From Botryllus schlosseri (lineage: Eukaryota): DNA of 64,000 nt. The DNA lies in NCBI GenBank assembly GCA_051294905.1, contig CM119383.1, forward strand, positions 5,456,001-5,520,000, read 5' to 3'. The translations under genes were made by a program, and so were the position numbers. The notes below the pieces were generated by a model. That model saw only the letters and a list, made by a program, of their open reading frames with translations. It searched no databases and had not been told where the DNA came from. Below, piece after piece: positions 25,956 through 37,351 of the stretch (positions are counted from its first letter, which is position 1; each line of letters begins with the position of its first letter).

Positions 25956-28210
25956 CAGGGGTGGGCAACCTGCGGCCTTAGAAGGGAATTTGTGCGGCCG
26001 TCGACACCTATTTCAATTAGTATGTGTTGGCGGCCGTCGACCTGCAAATTGAAATTACGAATTCATTCCCGAATTTTTGAGAGATTTTTATTAATCTTGA
26101 AATTTTCTTCGCACTCCGCGCAATTCAGTGCGACTTCATTTTTTGATTTGAATATAGTAGTGCCCTTCTAAATCTGAGCAGGAATCGTGTGCTCCTCGCG
26201 AAAGAAATGTGTTTATGGTGCATTTTGGCGATACAATATATTTCCGCTATACCGACAATTTACAATTCTGTTGGGGGTTCAAGAAATAACAGCATGCAGC
26301 ATAGTGACTAATGACAATTGGACCACCCGAAGATGCATTATCATTTAGCCCAGGGGCGGGCAACATACGGCCCGCGAGGGGATTTAGTCCTGCCCGCGGA
26401 CAGTTTCCAGTCTTAGTTGATAATGTGGCCCGGTGTCCGGTCAATACCGAGAATGCAATGCAGGCATGTTATGTCTATAGACAGGTCGTGTGCATGACGG
26501 CTTTGCCACATTCGGTGTCGATTCTCATATATAAATTTCTTGACGACGCCTCCTCAGTACGTTATATTCTTGGCATTGACCGTTCTCGGTTTTGGTATAG
26601 AACCGTAGCGCGAAAATTTTTCAGATCCACGGACGAATTCCGTAATTAATAGTAACATGTATCCCATATTACCATCAAATATTTATCCTTTCTCAGCCCA
26701 TGCCCGAGCGAGATAGTGTAATGGTTATGCGTCCGGCTTCTCGAGCGGTAGGTCGTGGGTTTGATTGATTGATTTTAAATCTACTGAAGTAAGTAAGCAG
26801 TTTTGAAAACAGTCCTAAATCGTTCGCATGGACTGTAAAAAGATGCAAATTGAGCAATGCGGACGGTGCAGAAAGCTTGATTCGTATGTATCCCAAGAGG
26901 TATCAATGTTCGACAGAAAAAGCATTCTTTCGCATCATGGGATGCAAATTATAGTATTGATATGAAAATACGATACTAACCCTTTGTTTACTGGAAGACC
27001 CCGTTTTAGAGAATATCATGGCATGTCGCCCTACCCTATATTATAAGGCCCCAAGCTTAGGCGAAGAGCAATACGGAGAAGTTGTATCAGATACAGTTTC
27101 AACACTTTGCGCGATTATCATACGTTAATAACAAATATTGTGGATCGTAAAATTTGTATTTAGTGTAGCTTTGTTTTCGGAAAAGAGACGCATTACAACA
27201 CTTGCTTTTATGCTACAACATGTATGTTCTGGAGACAAAAGAATAGTAAGTTTTTTTTATTCACAATATTGGCGCTTATCGCCTATATGGTTATTTGCAC
27301 CCAGCACATTAATTGCATTAACACAAGGTCTTTTGCGTTCTTGCTTCATTTTTCTGGTCCTTAGCTGCCATCTTTCCAGAGTTCGGCTCTCTCTTCTTCT
27401 GGGCTTTTCAAGGCGCTGTATATACAGCGGGATCGGCGATGAGGAGCAGAATAGTAAGTAATTAGAACTCAAAGTATGATGCTCCGAGTATCATACGGAA
27501 TTGAAAGTGAAATTCAAATGCCACTTCTAGAAAGCGGAAAATATATTTCATGTCTTTTGTCCATAGCTTTAAAGGTGACCTGCTTGAACAGGTGTAACGT
27601 TCCAAAAAGCTGGATTATCCAGATTAGCAGGACACGTCATGGGCTGTTGGATAATGATAGGATAGGAAATTGCTAGATTGCGAAACGGTAGTTTCAAACG
27701 TTATGGTGGGCCGTATTCAATGTGATGAAATATTTGATATGGGCGACAATGCAGTGTGAGCGATCCGGTACTTAAATTATATTCACTGATACTTTCGTGA
27801 AAACATATATGTCACTCCATAACTAGTGTGCGTTAAGCGCAACCAAATTTTTGGACTTTAATTGACTTTTTTGTATAATAAATGGTGGTACTCCGTGAAA
27901 ACTGCCCCGAAATTCCTCAGGCTGTCTTTTGTATTGGGGATTGAACTACTTCTTCATGACAAACTGAAAATAGCGAAAAGTAAGTAAGTAGATGACAAAA
28001 TATTACGAAGTAGAAGTAGTGAAAATCAGATCTACTTGAGTAAGTACCAGAAGTAGAGGAAAACTACTTGAGTACTTCTAAAAAGTAGAAGTACTTCGTC
28101 ACTGACCAGCTCTAAAAAGTAGAATAATCCGGAGCCCGCGGGAATGCGGCCGTAGGCTACATACGTAATCGAAATGCGGCCGCGATTAGCAAAAAGGTTC
28201 CCCACCTCTG
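25956..28210. mobile_element. hAT-like element with internal nested repeats
   Basis: Imperfect TIR CAGGGGTGGGCAACC / GGTTCCCACCTCTG, exact TSD TACTACAG; contains a SINE head and a CAGAGGTGGT-family end. Confidence 0.7.
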
Positions 28211-28621
28211 TACTACAGTAATCCGATGTCTGATTTGGCGACTGGACTGTAGAAATCACTTATTTGAGAACAAGGAGCCCATCAAGAACAGAGTAGTATC
28301 CAATACAGGCAGTTCCCACATTACCGCTTGGTTTGAGTCGACGATTGTTTCAAGACGAAGAATGTCGAAAATCACTCGTTGTATAACCCACAAACTTGCG
28401 CGTACCTTCAGAATTGTATGAATTTGGCACATTTCATCACTGTCATACCACCAAGCGGGGGCTGAAGTCATGGTTACTCTACCGGATTCAAAATTTTTCG
28501 CTGAATTGCTTGGTAATAATTTTAAACTGACTCGCTGAGTCACGTTTTGTGTTGGGTCGAATCCTTCTATATGACTTGATTCAAGTATCACGATTGATAC
28601 GTGATACAAAGGCCCAGAAAC

Positions 28622-29518
28622 CAGGGCTTCGGAGCAGCCGTAAATTTGCATTGCTCCAGCTCCGGAGCTTTCTTCTATCATACATTAGCTCCGGCTCCAG
28701 CTCCGAAGCCGCATTATTACCACTGCTCCGGCTCTTAAAACTATCGAAGGTGTCTGTCTATATAAGGGGTGAGCAATCCGCGGCCTGCGGTCCAATGTGG
28801 CCCGCGAGAAGGCTTTGAGTAGCCCGCGAGCTAATTTCCCATTATATATATAAATCGAAATTCTGTTATATTATCGAAATTGAATTGCTCAGATTGCGAA
28901 CTCGCTAGGCCAAACAAAAATATGATTAGTCTGGCCGCGACACTTGGAATGTTGATGACTGAACTAAAATATCATTTCCGACGCATTGACAGATCCAGGG
29001 TCCGGTCACATTTTTAGTTAATCGTTTTACACTACAATAAACTAAAAAAGTAGTAAAATTTTTCTTCACGCTTCGCGTGTTTAATTGTCACACGATTTCT
29101 TTCTCTGTAGCTTACCCCCACATGAAAATGAAAGAACGCCCGAGTTAGCCGATTGAGTCCAACCGTATTCACAATTACGAGATAAAGTATTTTCGCGTTT
29201 GTACTCGCAGAAAGATCGTCGATGATGAAATATAAGCACAAAATGATTGTCGTGTATTAGGGGATATCTTCGATATCGATATTTCCATATGCCGAATAGT
29301 CCTGTCCTTGCAGACTGAGCTCAGCGGGCGGTATACCGCCGACACGTAATATACTCAAGTAAAAATAATTTTAACTTATAAAATTTTACGCGCCTGGCGC
29401 GGCTAGTATGCAGCGCACTCGTTCGTCAATTTCATGTGGCCCTTTAGCCGAAAAGGTTGGCCACCCCTGGTCTACATAGATTACTAATTTACCCGTAGGC
29501 TCCGGCTCCAAAGCCCTA
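28622..29518. mobile_element. Composite hAT MITE (GGCTCC-repeat family carrying a GGCCCGCG-type MITE)
   Basis: TIR CAGGGCTT / AAGCCCTA, TSD CCAGAAAC; same internal arrangement as 58833-60115. Confidence 0.8.
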
Positions 29519-29537
29519 CCAGAAACTGTTCGAATAA

Positions 29538-29569
29538 GAGAGAGAGAGAGAGGGAGAGAGAGAGAGAGA
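29538..29569 (+). repeat. (GA)n microsatellite
   Basis: AGAGAGAGAGAGAGGGAGAGAGAGAGAGAGA. Confidence 0.9.
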
Positions 29570-30128
29570 TTTATTACGCATAAAAGTTACATGTCCACTG
29601 TTAAGACGTCATAACGAGTGGCATTCGATTCGTTACTCAGTTTTGTCAGTCCCTAGAAATAACCTAGCGTAGGAACTCGTATCCTACTGAGTAGTTCACT
29701 AACTACGTAACTCTAATTTCCATACTGAGAACGCCAGACAAGTACAGCTACACTAGGGTTACCATATTTTTGTGGAGCAAATTCCGGACACTCTTTAGCG
29801 CCCACTAGCGGATTTTAAAATGAGGTATAACACATTGTCTGTCAATATGACGTCACACTAGCAAGGCATTGCCCATCGACTGTATACAGCAGGGGTGGGC
29901 AAACTACGGCCCGCGGGCCGCATGCGGCCCGCAACACCGTTCTGTGCGGCCCGCGAAAGAAACATTTTTAAATATTGATAAAATGCGTATTAAAAATCGA
30001 ATTAATGCAGGGACTTGCTTACACTTTTTCTTGGTATATTTCACCTTGATCATTCTAAGACAGTGGCTCTCAAACTGGGGGCGCGCCCCCCTTGGAGACG
30101 TGAAAGCATCTGATGGGGGCGCGAAGCT

Positions 30129-30264
30129 AGTAGTGAGGTTTGATCAAATATACGCAGGCCAATCCCAGAAGGCCACGTCGCCTTAATTGCCACGCCTACA
30201 TTGCCACATCATCCACCCATTGCCGCACCTATAGGACGCCCCTTGCCACATCATCCACCCATTG
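30129..30264 (+). repeat. Polinton left TIR (136 bp)
   Basis: Reverse complement of 46891-47026 with 4 mismatches; TGCCACATCATC repeats continue subterminally. Confidence 0.95.
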
Positions 30265-31059
30265 CCGCACCTATAGCACATCCATTGCCACATCATCTGT
30301 GCCACATCATCAAGCGCCACACCTATAGTGACACATCATCCATTGCCACATCATCACCGCATTGATTGCCGCATCTATATGGTGCACAGCGCCGCATCAA
30401 CCAGCGCGATGTCGATTGCTGCACCTGTGACATTCATTGCCACGTCAAAACTTACCTCAGCTAGAATCGAACCTGGTTTGGTTGGGTATAATTTCATGTC
30501 GCTCACCACCAGGCTATTGAGCAAACTAGCCGTATTGAGCTGTTTTGAGAATATAACCGCCGATTCTCTCTTAAATTCCGAGACAACACCTTTTTCGAGT
30601 AATAACACATAAATGTAAGACTATGTTCGTGTGTACTATAACACCCAATGATTTTGAGGAATTCTGCGAATGCAACTTGATAATGCAGATATCACAACCA
30701 TAACTGCCCGCAATCATGCGGTAGCTCATGCGCCGTGCATATTGCCGAATACTATTCCAAGAAATTGACGCGTGTGAATGTGCCACGAATACAGTTGCTT
30801 ACGATTCCAAGAAGTCGAGCCACATCGACAATGTGAATTAGAACATTATAAATAAAGTTGCGTTTCCAAGAAAATGCCGCGTGGCGATCCGAATTAGAAT
30901 GTTTACTTCCGACGTAAAGCAATTCGCATTCTGAAAACTTCGCATTTCTGATACAAGTATTGTCGTGTGCGCAGCGAATGAGCCAGGCATCGCAGACAAG
31001 GTAAGATCAATGTATTTTCGTGTCAATTTAAACTAAATTCAGCTATAATTTCTCGAAGC

Positions 31060-32726
31060 AGCATTAGCTTACGTGGATTGTGCACGCAGATTGAATTACG
31101 TTGAGATTTCTCCAATAGCTAATAACGTAATAATGAGTTCTGTGCGGCTATAATGTTAACCGACAATATAGCCGAAGTCGCATAAATTCGAATGTATATG
31201 CAAGTTCTCTGTTAAGGGTAGACTATCTAGCCTCGCTTAATACTCGAATCTCGCTGTGGTTACAAATTCGGCATGCTAATGCGTTGAGTTTGAAGCTAAA
31301 ACATCCTATTTCATGCAGCCAAGAAGACTAGAACCGCAAGCCCGGAACTAGTTACAAGCATATAATGACAAGGCAGATTACGCAACACTAAATAAAGGTG
31401 GGTTATTTCATTTCTTGACTATATTGAAAAATCGACAGCGTACCGCGTATAGCTATTTCGACGCAGCAATGCACTTCAGATTAAGATATATATAGCAACG
31501 TACATGTTTTATAGAATATATTAGATCCAATACCTATACTAAAGCCGCAAAACGCATTGGAGCATAAATGGATAATGCGCGCAGATCGAATTACACCGAG
31601 ATTTCCCGCATCATTTTAAATAGCTAATAACGTAATAATGAGTTCTGTGCACGGCTATGCAATATAGCCGAAGTCGCATAAATTCGAATGTATATGCAAG
31701 TTCTCTGTTAAGGGTAGACTATCTAGCCTCGCTTATTACTCGAATCTCGCTGTGGTTACAAATACGGCATGCTAATGCGTTGAGTTTGAAGCTAAAACAT
31801 CATATTTCACGCAGCCAAGAAGACTAGCACCGCAAGCTCGGAACTAGTTACAAGCATATAATGACAAGGCAGATTACGCTACACTAAAGGTGGGTTATTC
31901 ATTTCTTGACTATATTGAAAAATCGACAGCGTGCCGCGTATAGCTATAATTTTTCGATGCAGCAATGCACTTCAGATTAAGATATATATAGCAACGTACA
32001 TGTTTTATAGAATATATTAGATCCAATACCTATACTAAAGTCGCATAACGCATTGAAGCATAAATGGATAATGCGCGCAGTTCGGATTACACCGAGATTT
32101 CCCGCATCATTTTAAATAGCTAATAACGTAATAATGAGTTCTGTGCACGGCTATGCAATATAGCCGAAGTCGCATAAATTCGAATGTATATGCAAGTTCT
32201 CTGTTAAGGGTAGACTATCTAGCCTCGCTTATTACTCGAATCTCGCTGTGGTTACAAATACGGCATGCTAATGCGTTGAGTTTGAATCCAAAACATCATA
32301 TTTCATGCAGCCAAGAAGACTAGCACCGCAAGCCCGGAACTAGTTACAAGCATATAATGACAAGGCAGATTACGCAACACTAAAGGCGGGTTATGTCATG
32401 TTTTATAGAATATATTAGATCCAATACCTATACTAAAGCCGCAAAACGCATTGGAGCATAAATGGATAATGCGCGCAGATCGAATTACACCGAGATTTCC
32501 TGCATCATTTTAAATAGCTAATAACGTAATAATGAGTTCTGTGCACGGCTATGCAATATAGCCGAAGTCGCATAAATTCGAATGTATATGCAAGTTCTCT
32601 GTTAAGGGTAGACTATCTAGCCTCGCTTATTACTCGAATCTCGCTGTGGTTACAAATACGGCATGCTAATGCGTCGAGTTTGAAGCTAAAACATCATATT
32701 TCATGCAGCCAAGAAGACTAGCACTG
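31060..32726 (+). repeat. Tandem array of ~496-bp units (~3.5 copies) in the Polinton left arm
   Basis: Anchor GCAG(A/T)T(C/T)G(A/G)ATTAC at 31086, 31581, 32077 and 32475 (periods 495, 496, 398); a fragment recurs at ~33225. Confidence 0.92.
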
Positions 32727-33488
32727 GTTACAATATTATGAATTAATTAATTAGCTACAGCAACAGTATATATATTATTTATCGCCTATATTTAAATTCG
32801 CTCATTTCATTTCAGATCAAAACGCCGACATTGCATACGCAATTCACGCTCCGAAAATTTCATATTTCTGTCACAACTATCGCGCAATGCCCTTCACCTG
32901 ATGATGCAGGCGAGTTAGGCTACATTTCCGTATAGATTTGGACTAAATTTGGTTATAATTACTCCGCGCGGGTATGCACTTCGGATTTGAGATGGATGTT
33001 AGTCTATGAATTTTAGCTTTACTCACGACCTAAGGTTGGTAAATTGCAAGCTGTAGCAAGCATCTAACTACTGAGATTATGCTGATTTTACAACCCCATA
33101 AGCCGCTGCTTTTAGATACGTAATGGAGCTGATTTAATAGCTAGTGCAGTGATGCTTTATCTTACCATTTCTGATAGTGAATAAAATATATGCAAAATGC
33201 AAATTCGTATTAAGTGTAGCCTGGCTAGCCTCGCTTATTACTCGATGTACAGTAACGCCGTAATGTAAGTTGCGTTTGCTGTAGGAGCGAAGTCACTCAA
33301 TACAAATTCCTGGCTCTTGCTAGATAATGGTAATATGTAGCCACGATCGCCTAATCGAAAGCAAGTCTCTACTGCTGATTTAGAGTCTACTACTTTGAGA
33401 TAATTGCTATAATGAACGTAGCGAATATCACCCTTTTATAAACGTACTAAGCAAACTTTGAAACTATTGATTTTATTCGCATATACAT

Positions 33489-33944
33489 TTACACAATTTC
33501 ATTTTCTTGCTTCAGCTCCTTGACGAACCGTCGCACGATCGAATCATTCTTGCGGTGATCTTCGCCGATGGAATTTAAATAACGTTCCGTGCTCCATCCG
33601 CGCGCCTTATGGACGATAAAGCTTAGACAATGATGACCGCAAGCTCTGGAACGTTTGTGCTGCAGACGCTTTATGGAGCAGGTATAATTTTCTGGTTCTA
33701 TAAAGCACGCAATCTCGTATTTCAGCGGCATTAAGCCAAAGCTATCGTGAAAATGTGTCTCATCCTCATCCGCGTAAATGCATATCCAGTGACTTCCGAT
33801 TTTTCGAGCCTCGTCATAATTGATCACGATAGCATAAGGAGGAGGGGGTCGCCTCGGCAGTCGATCGATAGGAAATGTACCAAGGAAAATATGTTTTGTT
33901 GACTCGCAGCACCACAATATTTGGTCTATTTCATCCCCGTTCAT
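33489..33944 (-). CDS. Adenain-like (adenovirus-type) cysteine protease
   Basis: GSHW, DSFG, LQ...ACGHHC give the His-Asp-Gln-Cys catalytic set; ORF intact. Confidence 0.93.
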   Translation of the reverse strand: MNGDEIDQILWCCESTKHIFLGTFPIDRLPRRPPPPYAIVINYDEARKIGSHWICIYADEDETHFHDSFGLMPLKYEIACFIEPENYTCSIKRLQHKRSRACGHHCLSFIVHKARGWSTERYLNSIGEDHRKNDSIVRRFVKELKQENEIV

Positions 33945-35219
33945 AGCACGGTCACTTTACGACTGCTACTGATTTGCAATAGCTTCTGGAATTCCATGAA
34001 ACAGAGCAAAGTAGTTTCCGCTGTTAGCCCGCCAGCAGGAAATGTGATCCGTAAACTTAAGGTACCACTCTTTTGTAAGTCAAAGCAATCATCCAAATCA
34101 TCAGGGCGCAAATTATAAACCAGTAGACAGAAACCACTAGCGAACTCTTCAGGCGTTAGGAGTCCTCTGTTTTTCTCCATTGCACCCGTACCCTCAATCA
34201 GGTTATGGTAAAGCTCCGTGTAATGACCCTTATCGAAATCTAGCTCATAACCTCCCTCCGGAATCAGAAATCCGTTCAGTTTCAGTTCGAGTCGTTGCAT
34301 ATTATTGTGTATGAAATTATAAGGATTTTTCGTAACATCTCCTTGAAAGGCTTTCGTAGCTACCATTCCGATGATTAGGCGAGAAGGTAGAGTCCCACTA
34401 TATAGATTCCCGATATCTATCTGCGTCGTAGCAGCCGCAAATGTTCGGGGTGATCAACTTCATGTCGATATACGGATATTTCGCCTGGGCATTAACCATC
34501 ATCGCTGTCTTCACATCGTCGCTGACTCGTACGCTACATAACTGTAATTCCTTTTTCGTTAAGGTGAATTGACCGGTAGCATCTCCCATCATGAAAAAGC
34601 TTTTCGGATTCAAGGTAAGCTCAAACTCGAGAGGCACGTCATGTAGGATGTAGCGGTCTTGCAGACATAGTCCGTGATGGATTTTCGCACGTATTTCCAC
34701 CACGTTATCATCCTTATAGGCTTTACTCCTGTTGTAATATCCTTTGTTAGCCGAGGCGTTAGTTCCACCGATCGTATCCATTTTTCCTAAAGTATCCTTT
34801 CTCCATCCTGAGGCCCTGAGTGTGGTATTTTGCACGTCGAGCGGAGTGAATAAATTGTGCAGATAGGACGAATAACACTGTACTTTTATATCTTGTTTCA
34901 AAGTTTCGTTAGCGACTTTAATTTGTAGTTGAGAAATCAAGGAATCCAAGATATTATTTACAACACCAACATCATCATCCGGACCAATTGCTTCGCCACC
35001 TTTCTTTAATTGTAAATGAAATAAGAAATAGCTCTCGCTCAAATCGATAAAGTCTTCTGAGCCCTCAAAGCGGAATGTTATCACACTAGAGTTGTTCGAA
35101 ATCGGCGCTATCTTGATGATTCTTTTCTTTTCTACGCTAGTCTGTGTCGCGGGAATGTGAAATAAATCCAATGAGGGATGTACCCCCTCTGGAGACTGTA
35201 CATGAATTAACTCCGCCAT
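33941..35219 (-). pseudogene. Double jelly-roll major capsid protein, frameshifted at ~34440
   Basis: N part LDLFHIPATQTSV...FIDLSESY; C part GNLYSGTLPSRLIIGMV...KNPYNF...FDLQKSGTLSLRITF; frames join at AAC ATT T GCG. Confidence 0.88.
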
Positions 35220-35268
35220 CTATCAAGTCTCAAGTAACAAATGATGCTTATCGTCGTGTAATATATAT

Positions 35269-35640
35269 TTAATCGAAAATATCTTTGCGACGTCTCTTTT
35301 TCGCGATCTTACGACCCCGTCTTGGCATTTTTCTTTTTCTCAGTAAAGAATCGAGAGCGTTCCCAGCGGCTTCTTTTCCGCGTATTTTAAGACTATCGCC
35401 GACATTCTCTCCATTTAGAACATCAGAGGCTACTTGCGCACCGGTATGTAGTAGACGCTTCCCGAGTGATTTTGCACCTATCGAAATTAGGGGCATAACG
35501 CTTCTTCCGAACGAACGAAATAAGTTTCCAAGTCCATGACCTCTCTGCACTTTACCCCGAAAAAAATTGATATCACCACCGCTCTGTTGGTGATAATAGT
35601 TTCTGAACGCCTCCCGATCACAGCAATAATGACTCCTCAT
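35269..35640 (-). CDS. Conserved Polinton basic core/membrane-lytic-like protein (QRGHGLG motif)
   Basis: YYHQQSGG...QRGHGLGNLFRSFGRSVMPL amphipathic helix, Arg/Lys-rich tail ending KDIFD. Confidence 0.8.
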   Translation of the reverse strand: MRSHYCCDREAFRNYYHQQSGGDINFFRGKVQRGHGLGNLFRSFGRSVMPLISIGAKSLGKRLLHTGAQVASDVLNGENVGDSLKIRGKEAAGNALDSLLRKRKMPRRGRKIAKKRRRKDIFD

Positions 35641-36340
35641 GATGTCTCAAAGCAAGTGTGAGATGAAGAGGCGCGTTCCCAAACTTTATAGCTTCGCCTT
35701 TATCATCACGAAGCATAACGCGTATCTCGCTTACTCGCTCCGTATTCAGAGGAAAGAAATATATTTTTTTGAATAGCATATGCTGATATTCATCTATTCC
35801 TGTCGTAACGCGGATATTGCGTAGTAGAGGCGCACACGTATCACCTACAATTTGAGGTGTGATGACATCCGTATAAACTAAAACGTTGGTCACGGGCTCA
35901 GTTTCCCCTTGAAAGTGAATTTTTCTTCGTCTATGTAATCCACCATCTAGCTCTACCTCCGAACGAGCGCCTCCTCTGAGAACGGGGTTTCTATTATCCA
36001 TGAAAAGTCTCGGACCGCTGGAACTCTTGTAAGGTCCCGCTATCAAGACCGGACCAGAACCATCTACCCAAATAAACCTTGCTTTTTTCTGATCGTGATT
36101 GATACGCTTCATCAAACTAATTTTATCATGATAATCACCAGGCGGGAAATAATAAAAATTATTATCGCCTTCCGCATCATTCACGTACCATAATAAGCCA
36201 TCGTAAGGCTCGAACGTGGGCTGAAAATTATTTTTAAAAGACAACTCGGCAAGCCCTATCTCCCATTCACCAGAATCTATCGGTTTCGCGAGATCGATAG
36301 TAAAATCAGACTCGTGTGACGTAATATGAATATATTTCAT
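35618..36340 (-). CDS. Penton-like minor capsid protein 2
   Basis: DFTIDLAKPIDSGEWEIGLAELSF; LVYTDVITPQIVGDTCAPLLR; IRVMLRDDKGEAIKF...LTLALR. Confidence 0.85.
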   Translation of the reverse strand: MKYIHITSHESDFTIDLAKPIDSGEWEIGLAELSFKNNFQPTFEPYDGLLWYVNDAEGDNNFYYFPPGDYHDKISLMKRINHDQKKARFIWVDGSGPVLIAGPYKSSSGPRLFMDNRNPVLRGGARSEVELDGGLHRRRKIHFQGETEPVTNVLVYTDVITPQIVGDTCAPLLRNIRVTTGIDEYQHMLFKKIYFFPLNTERVSEIRVMLRDDKGEAIKFGNAPLHLTLALRHHEESLLL

Positions 36341-37145
36341 AATGCAACTCCCCGTCTACGAAAATGCAATACAACACTCGAAGGAGAACTTCGAAAGGGT
36401 ATTTTCTCACCCTTCTCATCAAGTAGCGATATTTCGATGCGTTCTAGCCTATTTATATTAACAGGGAAATAAAAAGGCTTCGTGTAATATTTCGAAAATG
36501 ATTTACGATTGTTCACCTGTACGACCGTAACAACGGTAAGAGCCTACCGCTATCTTCTTGTGGCTCAATGATATTACAATGAACATAAACGAAATCGATA
36601 GTCGGATCATGTCGCATGCGAAAGTTCAAATGAATGATACCCTCAGTGAAAAAATAATTCCACAATGTACAATTAGTATTCGGGAAATGAAACGCCAATA
36701 ACTCCTCCCTCGTTTCCTTACGCATAAGAGCACCGTACAATTCTCCGCGGAGTAGCAAGCTACTATGCCCTATGTCCGTCTCTGGTCGCAATTTGTCGGT
36801 TACCTCGTTATGAGGTACAGAGATAGACATACTATGATTTTCAGGGAAACATGTTACTTTTGCATAAGGATTGTCTCTTTCCAACGATCTATACAGGTCG
36901 TATAACGAGTCGTATTCTCCCAATTTAAAATGAAAGTTTCTTGCTCTCTTTTGCGTTCTGATCCCATACCTATTCTTCGTGATCCTATACTGTTTTTGAT
37001 AATCCGTGGGGAAGGAGATCTCAGCCAGAGAAACTTCTGTATCTTCCACGTTTTTCGGGACGTCCAATTCAACGCAATAACTCGCTGTTGTATTATCAGG
37101 AAATTTATCCATGGAAGCGTTCGAAAATAGCGTGACGTAGCTCAT
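36337..37145 (-). pseudogene. Penton-like minor capsid protein 1, frameshifted at ~36524
   Basis: MSYVTLFSNASMDKFPDNT...EVSLAEISFP; FVYVHCNIIEPQ...LPLLR continues in a shifted frame as VQVNN...IEISLLDEKGEKIPF...VVLHFRRR. Confidence 0.85.
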
Positions 37146-37351
37146 ATTTTGAGCTTGGGATTCGGAAGCATATAACCAACGCAAGAGGAGAGCAGTGATA
37201 TCCAAAGCTCTTTGTTCCCATTCGAAATGGTAAGATTATAGAGAGAGAACGATACGATGACCAGTATGATTACTAGTTGCGCCAAAAACTGATAAAGGTT
37301 CCGACTAGACGATATCCTTCTTATCGACCCAGCTGTCGAATCCACTTCCAT
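37142..37351 (-). CDS. Small Polinton transmembrane protein
   Basis: FLAQLVIILVIVSFSLYNL...LWISLLSSCVGYMLPNPK; stop overlaps the next start (ATGA). Confidence 0.75.
   Translation of the reverse strand: MEVDSTAGSIRRISSSRNLYQFLAQLVIILVIVSFSLYNLTISNGNKELWISLLSSCVGYMLPNPKLKI

Noticed and set aside
28406-28500. Exon-like segment on - (KNFESGRVTMTSAPAWWYDSDEMCQIHTILK, donor GTACGC)
   Set aside because: No family recognised and no phase-compatible neighbouring exon found.
31060-32726. Repeat array as CRISPR-like
   Set aside because: Units are ~496 bp and contiguous with no unique spacers; eukaryotic context, no cas genes.
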